Source: a virus
Taxonomy: Duplodnaviria > Caudoviricetes
Strand: one strand, 5' to 3'
IMG/VR virus record: IMGVR_UViG_3300020151_001762
Span: 1-34,962 of that record
Length of the DNA stretch: 34,962 bases
Of this stretch, positions 1-8,600 are shown piece after piece (the stretch's first letter is position 1; each line of letters begins with the position of its first letter). Made by a program: the position numbers and the translations under genes. Under the pieces are notes generated by a model, which searched no databases, was not told the DNA's origin, and saw nothing but the letters and a program-made list of their open reading frames with translations.

Positions 1-1
1 A

Positions 2-22
2 TAACAGCGGAATAAACGGCCT
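2..22 (+). repeat. Left copy of 21-bp terminal inverted repeat (TAACAGCGGAATAAACGGCCT)
   Basis: Exact reverse complement of 34942-34962. Confidence 0.95.
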
Positions 23-105
23 AGGCAGCTTTTCACGCAAACCGACTCGTTAGTTTTCAAAGGCTTACGCGAGTTTTGTGTAAAAAGATGGGTAGGCCGT
101 ATATT
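11..105. other. Long imperfect hairpin starting within the left terminal repeat
   Basis: AATAAACGGCCTA (11-23) pairs with TAGGCCGTATATT (93-105) with one A:A mismatch. Inner arms CTTTTCACGCAAA/TTTGTGTAAAAAG and ACTCG/CGAGT also pair. Confidence 0.7.
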
Positions 106-228
106 TACGGTTTTTATTTTTACGAGCAAAACCCATGAACTAAAAAAACATTCCGCAACAAAAAGATTTAGCCATGTCACCGAAAAAACGCAACTCAAAC
201 AATTCCGAACAAACCCATTGAGGTAATT

Positions 229-444
229 ATGGCAAACCTAATTAATACCGCAGAAATGGAAGAGCTGACCGGCGCCAAGGCCCCTGCAAAGCAGTGCGAA
301 GTCTTGCGCAAAAACGGCATGCGTTTCACGTTGAGGGCTGACGGACGCCCGTCACTTTCATGGGAAGCGTACAACCGTCAGCTAGCAACCGAGACCGTTC
401 ACCATCAAGGCTTCAATCAAGGCCCAAGACTGGAAGCTGTGTAA
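229..444 (+). CDS. xis: Excisionase/recombination directionality factor-like protein (DUF4224 type)
   Basis: 71 aa with ELTG.K....Q...L...G..F..R.DG.P motif. GAGG SD upstream; directly abuts the integrase start. Confidence 0.8.
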   Translation: MANLINTAEMEELTGAKAPAKQCEVLRKNGMRFTLRADGRPSLSWEAYNRQLATETVHHQGFNQGPRLEAV

Positions 445-1464
445 ATGGTAGGCAAAAGAAAGAATCCGGCTGACCAGTGGCTTCCGCCGCGCGTCTACCG
501 AGGCAAGTCTCAATATGAGTATCGCCCGAAGTCAGGCGAAACCATAAAACTGTTGCCGCTAGTCAAAGGTGAGCCGGAAACTGAGGTTCTAAAGGCTAAG
601 GTTTGGGCTGAGTATGCAAAAGCTAAGAGCGCACCAGTTAGCGTGGACGACATAAACAAACTGATTGATGCTTATCACAAGGGCGCGCAATTCTGCCAGC
701 TTTCAGCCAATACGCAGGCCGACTACGGCCATTACTCAAAGCGGATTCGCAGGGTATTTGGGCACATGCTGCCGCAAGACGTTCAGCCGCCGCACATTCG
801 CCAGTTTATGGACGCCCTTGCCGCCCAAGGTAAAATTGTTACTGCCAATCGCCATCACAGTTATTTAAGTGTGCTCTTTGGCTGGGGCATTGAGCGCTCC
901 TGGTGCGACAAAAACCCGGCCAAGCAGGTTCGCAAATTTCGAGAGCAGGCGCGCGATAGGTATATAGAAGAGTGGGAATACGAGCTTGTCTTGCAGATAG
1001 CCAGAGCGAGCAGTTACCCATACTTGGCACCCATGATGGAGGTTGCTTACCTGTGCCGAGCAAGGTCCATAGAAGTGCGCGCCATGACTGAGGCTAACAT
1101 GACGCCAGACGGCATCTATTTAAAACGAACAAAGGGAAGTATTAGCGAAATTACCGGCTGGTCAGAAAGGTTGCGCAAGGCGATTGCTGAAGCGAGGTCA
1201 CTGTTCCCCGACTCGCCCACATCAATGGATCGCCCCCTATTCCACTCAAAAACCGGAATGGCTATACCCAAGGAGGCATTTAAAACTGCTTGGGGTCGAA
1301 TCATGACCAAGGCAATGCAGAGCGGACTGAAAGAGCGGTTCACCTTCCACGATATTAAAGCTCGCGGAATTAGTGACCATGACAACAAGGCGAGCGGGCA
1401 TCGCAGCAAGAAAATGCAGGCCGTTTATGATCGCAAGCCGGGCATTGTCCCGTCTACAAAATAG
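445..1464 (+). CDS. int: Phage tyrosine integrase
   Basis: 339 aa. N-terminal LPPRVY arm-binding motif; catalytic-type motifs LCRAR, KRTKG, FTFHDIKA, SGH and VYDRK; adjacent to a tRNA-derived att core. Confidence 0.95.
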   Translation: MVGKRKNPADQWLPPRVYRGKSQYEYRPKSGETIKLLPLVKGEPETEVLKAKVWAEYAKAKSAPVSVDDINKLIDAYHKGAQFCQLSANTQADYGHYSKRIRRVFGHMLPQDVQPPHIRQFMDALAAQGKIVTANRHHSYLSVLFGWGIERSWCDKNPAKQVRKFREQARDRYIEEWEYELVLQIARASSYPYLAPMMEVAYLCRARSIEVRAMTEANMTPDGIYLKRTKGSISEITGWSERLRKAIAEARSLFPDSPTSMDRPLFHSKTGMAIPKEAFKTAWGRIMTKAMQSGLKERFTFHDIKARGISDHDNKASGHRSKKMQAVYDRKPGIVPSTK

Positions 1465-1556
1465 GCTAAACCGTTCCGAACATAAAAACCGCCATGCAGG
1501 CAAGTAAAGGCTTGCATGGCATCGAAAACAATGATTCATCTTTGGAAAAAATACAC

Positions 1557-1569
1557 TAAGTTATTGATT
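1557..1569 (-). promoter_or_regulatory. IHF binding site in attP
   Basis: TAAGTTATTGATT is a perfect match to the reverse complement of WATCAANNNNTTR, 17 bp from the att core. Confidence 0.75.
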
Positions 1570-1586
1570 GAAAAGGCTTGTGCCGA

Positions 1587-1634
1587 GGATTGTGATTCCA
1601 GTGGTCGTGGGTTCGAGCCCCATCAGCCACCCCA
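1587..1634 (+). tRNA. Partial tRNA-His(GTG), 3' part only; attP core, not a functional tRNA
   Basis: GGA-TTGTGAT-TCCAG-TGGTC-GTGGG-TTCGAGC-CCCAT-CAGCCAC-C-CCA gives the anticodon loop GTG, T arm, acceptor 3' strand, His-type C discriminator and CCA. The D arm and 5' acceptor strand are absent. Confidence 0.92.
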
Positions 1635-1714
1635 ATCCCAATGCGCACTCCAAGTAAGCTCACGCTCACATTCAATCAATTTCCGAACATGTTTCCGAAG
1701 ATGCAAACCGCCAA

Positions 1715-1730
1715 ATAGGTTGCAACCTAT
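1715..1730. promoter_or_regulatory. Perfect 16-bp palindrome over the HNH gene RBS and start codon
   Basis: ATAGGTTGCAACCTAT covers the AGGT SD-like motif and the AT of ATG 1729. Confidence 0.6.
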
Positions 1731-2217
1731 GGATAGCTTCATTCCAAAAAACCCAGCTAAACACATGTTTTGGTCGAAAGCAGAAATTAAAAATCCTGAC
1801 GAATGCTGGAGTTGGTGCGGCGCCATTTCAAAAAATGGTTATGGCTGCTATGCAATTGGGCGCACACGCGCATCCGCTCACAGGGTGGCTTACGAAATAG
1901 GTCACAAAAAACGAATTCCCGCCGGGCTTGTAGTTCGACACAAGTGTGACAATAAAAAATGCGTCAACCCTAGCCACTTAGAAATTGGCACCAGCAAGGA
2001 AAATTCCCAAGATATGGTTAGTCGAGGGCGCGCAAACAATGGCTGCCGAATAGGTGAAAATAATGGGAATGCAAAGCTCAGTTGCGACCAGATAGAGATG
2101 GTAAAGCATTTTATAGCGGCTGGGCGAACAAACAAATGGATTGCAAGCAGGGTCGGCGTAACGCACAGCATGATAAGCCGAATTAGGCTTGGCAAAAACT
2201 GGACCCGATCATCCTGA
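1729..2217 (+). CDS. HNH homing-type endonuclease with C-terminal HTH-like domain
   Basis: CW.W.G....GYG, AHRVAY, VRHKCDN..CVNPSHL...T..EN..D motifs, and GE.NGNAKL followed by an HTH. Start chosen at ATG 1729 because the longer ORF from 1516 runs through attP. Confidence 0.9.
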   Translation: MDSFIPKNPAKHMFWSKAEIKNPDECWSWCGAISKNGYGCYAIGRTRASAHRVAYEIGHKKRIPAGLVVRHKCDNKKCVNPSHLEIGTSKENSQDMVSRGRANNGCRIGENNGNAKLSCDQIEMVKHFIAAGRTNKWIASRVGVTHSMISRIRLGKNWTRSS

Positions 2218-2337
2218 AAAACACGAAAATCACCAAAAATAACCCATTGATTTTGCTCAAGTTATTTTCGGTACGGAGAAAACATTTTAGCCGATTTTGA
2301 TGCTTTTAGGCACCTGCAGCAGCGCCCCAATCAACAG

Positions 2338-2366
2338 TTGTTTCTAATTCGCGTCAGTGGCACTAT
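2338..2366 (+). promoter_or_regulatory. Putative sigma70 promoter for the small membrane-protein gene
   Basis: TTGTTT-17 nt-CACTAT with an extended -10 TG. Confidence 0.35.
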
Positions 2367-2389
2367 CCTAAAAAATAGGAGTGGCCCAC

Positions 2390-2665
2390 ATGTTCAAATT
2401 GCCCAAAAACGACCCAAGAGACGAAAAGTTTATTAAGCGCGCCCATCAGGACCCAAGCTGGCCGGAAGGATTGGACAAGCCTTGCGACTGGGACACCGTA
2501 CCCCTTTGGCGTAAAATCTGGTTCAAGATTAAAACGCCGGTGCTCTCAATATTTTGGGTGTTCTTCTTTTGCGCACTATCCATGGGCTTTATTGAATGGA
2601 TTGGTGCAGGCGAAGGAATGGACGAGCCCTACTGTCACCCTTCACCGCAGGGTTGTTATGAGTAA
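2390..2665 (+). CDS. Small single-TM membrane protein (moron-like; candidate superinfection exclusion)
   Basis: AGGAG SD 8 nt before ATG 2390. Hydrophobic stretch VLSIFWVFFFCALSMGFIEWIGA. Stop codon abuts the stop of the giant gene. Confidence 0.7.
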   Translation: MFKLPKNDPRDEKFIKRAHQDPSWPEGLDKPCDWDTVPLWRKIWFKIKTPVLSIFWVFFFCALSMGFIEWIGAGEGMDEPYCHPSPQGCYE

Positions 2666-5600
2666 TTAACGCGCTGGCTTTTCCATGTATTCGCGTTGCA
2701 ATTCCTGCAAACGCTTCTGGCGCTCAATCAGTTCCTTTTGTGTCTCCTGGTCAAACAAAATACCGGTGCGCATAATTGCTGTTTTCATCATGGTTTTAGA
2801 TGGGCGATACACAAACTCTCTATCTGCCGCTATCGCTCGCGCATCTTGTAATGACATTCCCGATAAGCGCAGCGCACCTACCGCTTCGCTTTGCGTCATG
2901 CCGGTTTTCATTGCCATTTTCACAGTGCGCCGCATATCGTTCCAAGCATCGCGGTGCATGCCCATGGATTTCTCATAGGCTGCGCGCAAATCCCCTTCAT
3001 CCACCTTGCCCATATCAGTGGCTTTTTCGCGCAGCACTACAGCGGCTTGGCGCTTTTTATCGGCATAGCCGTAGGCTTGATAGGTCAGGCCAACCTTGGC
3101 ATTTAGCGTGCCCTTGCGGAAGCCTATCAGTGCTAGCGCCTCGTCTTCGAGCGTGTATTTCTTTCCTGAATTGGTAACCGTTCCATTGGCGGCCTCTAAG
3201 AAACCAAGGCCGTTATTAACAAAGCCGGGCGCCAAGCCTTTAAACAATTTTTCATTCGCCTTCTCGCTGGTGATACTGTCATTAAAGAAGGCGTTGTAAA
3301 CGTACTCCCCCACCGTACCTGCAGCAATATCCAAACCAAGAAATGGCGATAGCGCCTCCCATGCGGCATCGCCCATGCGCGCACTCATATCACCATCACG
3401 CGCTAAAGCGGCAATCGGTTTTTTCCAGTAACCATAAGGGTCAAGCCAGCCCAAATCCATGTATTGCACCTGGCCTTTTTCGTCGCGACCAAGGAAAAAC
3501 AGTGAAGAACTTTTGCTCCATTCCGGCAGCATTTGGCGAATCGCTTCCTCTTCCTCGTCGCCCACATCGAACATTGAGGCAGAAAGCGCAGACAGGCCAG
3601 CCATCATGCCAGCGCCAAGCGCCAGACCAACACCCTTAGCCAGCACAGCAGGGTTTGCGTGGCCCAATGCTTTGGCGTCTTTATGGTAGTAGCGGAACTT
3701 GTGGTAAGTGGTGCGAATGATTTCAGCAGGGAACGATGGGAACGAACCAATCACAGGGAACCGGCGCAGCCATTGAATACCCTTGCCCGTTAATGAATAA
3801 GTTGGGTACGTATTGCGAATGCGCTCTGCCGCTTCTTTTTCGGCATCCGCTTCGCTCATTTTGTAGTGCTTCATCAGCATGGCTTTTTCGTTTTCAAAGC
3901 CAAGAATCTTCCAAAAATCATCGCCCAGTGCGTAAAACTCTTGCGCAAAATTAAGCGCCTTGCCTAGCTTAGATTTTCGGGTAGCCCGTGCCAGCCAATG
4001 CTCACTCTCGTTCACAGACTTAATCAAATCTTGCAGCTCGCGGTAATTAGGGGCATCGTAAAGAACGCCCAGCGTCAGCAGCTTTTTAATGTACTCGCGC
4101 GAACCTCTCACGTCTTTACCGGTGAAATAGGTATTAACAACCTTGACCGACTTTTCAAGGTGGACCGCATTCCAGTGCCCAGATGTGAGCGAGAACATTG
4201 AGGCAGACAAAAAGTTACGCACGGCCGTAGTAGGAGCCAACACAGTTTTGCCGTATTTCACCGCGCCATTTGCGGCCACCATCACCTTGTACCAGTCGGG
4301 CTCTGTATTAGCGCCCACCGCATCACGCAATGCCTGCTCAAATTCGGGGTAGGTGTACATGCCATTCAGCGGCGCATAAACCTCGCTGGCATCGGCTGCA
4401 ATTTTCTTGTTAGCACCCAGCGGGCGATTCTCTTCTTCAAAAATATACCCAAGCTGCAGCGATATATCGGTCATCTGGCGCAGGAACGCCGTGTTATGCA
4501 CCAGGCGGCTCATCTTGGTAACTGATTTCGCGTAATTGATCGCCGGGTCTTCGTACTCGCCCAGCAAGGCGCGAATCTCGGGCGCAATTTGCTTGCGCTT
4601 TTTAATCATGCTCAGGTCTTTTGAACCTAGCTTGCTCTCGGAAATAAACCGGCCAATAGAATCATAAGCCGTGCCTTCGTGAAGCATTAAATCCACTTTT
4701 TTGGTGGCCTCATCAATATGGTCGGCAGTTGGCTTTTCATCGCCAGCATATTGCTTGGCGAGGAAGTTAATCGCATTCTGGTAAACGTCCTCGGGCACTT
4801 TATTCGGCCATTCAGGGTCATCAAACGCGCGGTAAGACCGGTGCAAATAGCTGTCAAAGTTCTCGGTAATTGTCTCGATCAATGCGCGCTTAGCTGCTGC
4901 CGCCTCAAGCTTGCCGTCAGCCTCCAAATTAGCGGCATCCAATAGCAGCTCATTCATGTAAGACTTGGACAGGCTTTGAATCTGGGTGCGCATTCTGGCG
5001 AGCACTTCAATCATTGAATCGGTGAGCTTTACCGCGGTGCGGTCACCCTTCAAGTAGTCGTTAATTTCCTTTCGAGTAGCAAGCGTAAGCTCATGGTATG
5101 GCTTGTGGTAAATCGCAACAATTTGCTCGTAAAAATCTGTGAGAATGTAACGCTGCTGGCTGTCATCGGCACTCATCACGCCATCGCGGGCAATCTTTAA
5201 ATCAAAAATTTCACGCGGCAACAAACCGCGAGGCGCAAGCTGGCGCTTCACTTCGGTTTTGACTTTCTCATACAGGGTTTTATGCCCACCGCCGAGCTGG
5301 TTGTAAGCCTCTTTCAGTTGGTGGGGGAGCGTTGCGCCCCGTGGGGTTTTCGATCCGCCAAAAGAAAACCCGCCGAAGCGGGTTTTTTCTGAGGCATTTG
5401 AGTCTAGCGAGTAGAGTATCCCCCTTAAACTGGAAGATTCTGGTTGTCCTCGGCGCACTGCCTCCAGTAATTCGGATTTTTCGCTGCTCGTTCCGCGTAA
5501 AAAGGTATGTGTGAGCAACGCTCTCTGATTGCTTCTTCTACCCGTTGTATACGGGATTCCCTTTCTTCGTGCCACTCCTTCGACTGATCCGCGAGCCACT

Positions 5601-8600
5601 GCTTCGCCTCTGATACGGTTATTAATTTTATCGAAGTCTTTTGGAGCGATTTCATTGCCATCCTCATCCACAAAGGTGTCTTTGTTAATATCGTAGCGCA
5701 AACTTTCAAGCTCTGGCATCTGTTTTAAGACGTTTTTGTAACTAGCCATGATCATTGAGCGCAAATTGAAACTATCGGCACCTTCAATCCAGCTCACAGC
5801 ATCAACACCAGCAGCACCCTTAACTTGCCTTGCGTGCGGGCGAATGTGCTTGGTAGTGCCAAACTTTAGCGCCAGGCTGATCATGTTTTCAAGCCGACGA
5901 CTAACAGCTTCGTCAGACAGGCCGTTGGGGTCGCCAATAAATACCTTGCCTGCATTGTATGCGTAATTACCAGCGGCAGCGTAAAGAGCGCTCCCGCCTT
6001 CACTTGGCCCACCCAAGGCAACATTCAAATACACTTCGTCACCTTTCTCAATGACGAACATGCCAGTATCCTCACCGTTACGAATAATTGCCCACTGCTT
6101 GCGCCCCAATTTGTCGGCAAAGTCCTGGCGTTGCAGCGTTATACCTTGCTGCTTGCCCACCAACTCGAACACCTCTTTTATGTCGGTGCTGTCAGAAGTG
6201 GGGTATGAAAAAGCCTCATCGCTCTGCGCCATCAAACCCCAAAGCTCAAGCAGCCCCTTACCTTCGATCATCTTGCGCGCTTTTTCGGGCAATCCATCCA
6301 ACGAATACTTGAGCGGGTCGCGCTGCGCATTCAGCATCTTGCGATCCTGCTTGCTCAATCCAGCCAAGGCATAAATTAAGCCGGCAGTATCGCCCTGCTT
6401 GCCTTTGGTAACTGTCTCGCGCGCTTGTTTCAGAAGGTACACCAAGTCGCTCTCTGAAATAGCGGCCAGTTCCGCAAAGCCATTTTTACGCAACCAAGCG
6501 CGAATAGCCCCGATCAACTCTTTGGCATACTTGGCGACCGAAGGCTTGGTGTCTTCAGCCAAATGCGCAAGCAATTCTTCTGCAATCACCGCGTTTCGGT
6601 AGTCGGCGCGCTGGTCTTTGTACAATTCGTTGTAACTGCTTAGGTCTATGCCATGGCTTTTCGATAGCCGATCAATACCGCCCTGTCCGCCCATCGCAAG
6701 GTAAAGGCGTGATAGCGTACCGCTCAGCGCATCGCCAAACAGAGCCTGTAAGCCCATGTGGGTGTAAACCTCATGGAATATCAGCTGCTCAACATGCGTG
6801 GCATCTTCCAGCTTGCTTGCGTTCAGGTAGATATTGCCGGTCTTTGGGTGAAACATCGCCTGCACATCATCCAGCGACTTGCCGTCCTCACTTAACCGCT
6901 GGCGCACATCAGCAGGTAAATCACTCAGCGCCTCGACCAGCTTGACCTTAACGTCAACCGCCCAGCTTGAGGAAATGCGGTCTACTACGGCTTGGGCAGC
7001 ATCACGGGTGATGGAAGGGGAGCCTGCAGGCTTGGCTTTGTAGCGAATATCGGGATTAGATGGGTCGAATTCGCCGTTGTTGCCGGTGGCGGATTTGATT
7101 TGTTCCGACCTCCGAACCACATAAATTCTCTCAGGATCGTCACCTGTGGCATCGTAAGCAATTACGCCATCATGATTCCCTGCAGCCATCCAGCGGGCGA
7201 TGTCGCTATGCCTCACATCCAAAGCAGCTGCTGCACCTCCCCACTCCCCCGCATCGTCAAGAATTAACGGGTTATTTAATTTCAAATAAGCTGGAATTAT
7301 ATTTGGATTTCCAGCGGCATTCTTTGCGTATTCTGATGCGGTTGAACCAAACCCAAACCCTTTGTTAAGGTCAAATTCTGCAGCATTGGTAAAGTAAAAA
7401 CCAAGAGTAGATTGATCGAAATTTTTCCCTACTTTCTCAGAATCAAATACTGTGAAGTCTGATCCAGTGCCATGATAAACCACAAGCGGCTTTCCGTTTT
7501 CATCCACCACCTTGCTATCGCCAAACCAATTTTTAAAGGCAGCAGTATCGGTTTGATCGGAGGAAGGGGATTCTTTTGCGAGAGAGTACAGAACGCTATC
7601 GCCGCGCTCGTTTTCTTTTACGTTTATTTCGGCTATCAGCTTGTCGAATGCCTCACCAATAATCTGGCGTTCTTCACCGGCAGGATAGGCAAACGTATCG
7701 TCACCCTCGGCAAATTTCTCACCCTTGTCAGCGCGAACCAGATAATTGTTTTTGTTGCCATCATTAGCCAGTCTGTCCAGAACCCAGCTTTCAAAGGCGC
7801 GAGCAAACATTTCGTGTGGCGTAGTCCAGTAGGGCTTAGCGCCCTTCTCTCTTTTGCTTGAGCGCTTGTAAAAATCCGTATGGACCTTGCGAAGATTAAT
7901 GTCAGATTCTTTTTTGTTTACATAAAAAGAAACACCTTGCAAGTGAATGTAGTCTCGGTGCATTTCGGTAGGCGTCATGCCCATTGCATCAAAAACGGTT
8001 TTGATATTCGCAGGAATGGCGCCCGGTGATTTGCGCTTTCCCTTCGGAACAGGCAGCGCAACATAATCGCCAACATTGCCTTTTTCTATTTCAATCAGTG
8101 CATCCACCGCAGCTTGATTGCCCGCAATTTTTTCGCGCACCCCGCGCTGCTTAATGGAGAACTCCAAATTCTTTTTGGCTTGCTCAAGCCCGCGCCGATT
8201 GGCTGCGATAGCCTCCAGCATGGACTCCTGCTTTTTGCTCATCGCTTGGTATATGCCAGTGATTGCGGTCGCTACTTCTGGCCGCAACTGCCCATCGGCG
8301 CCGGTCATTTGTTGCGCTTCATAGTCCGCCAAATGCGAGGCAAAAGGATTGCTGGAGCGACCGCGCCCAGCCATTACACCAAAGTAATGGTCAAGTGCAT
8401 GCGCCCACTCATGCGCAACCGACCCAGCACCCATCGTCTTGGTGATGTTGATTTCGTTCACGCCGGGCACAAAGTGTGCGGCAAAATTACCGCCCCCGCC
8501 CTGCGCACCAAAAGCAATGCCAACCTCCCCACCCAAGCCAATTGCACTAGGCGGAATGTTCATCACCGCAGCCAAGTCGTGCAGCGCATCAAAGGCCGCG

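Larger units (their letters stand above)
1474..1702. promoter_or_regulatory. attP region with integrase arm-type repeats TTCCGAA(C/G)AT
   Basis: TTCCGAACAT at 1474-1483 and 1681-1690, TTCCGAAGAT at 1693-1702, flanking the tRNA core. Inverted repeat GCCATGCAGG/CTTGCATGGC at 1491-1520. Confidence 0.8.

Noticed and set aside
1560-1634. Complete phage-encoded tRNA-His
   Set aside because: No D arm or 5' acceptor strand, and the anticodon stem is broken at its 5' side; this is an att core.
1516-1728. N-terminal 71 aa of the predicted 233-aa HNH ORF
   Set aside because: It runs through the IHF site, tRNA core and arm sites; HNH-like sequence starts only after ATG 1729.
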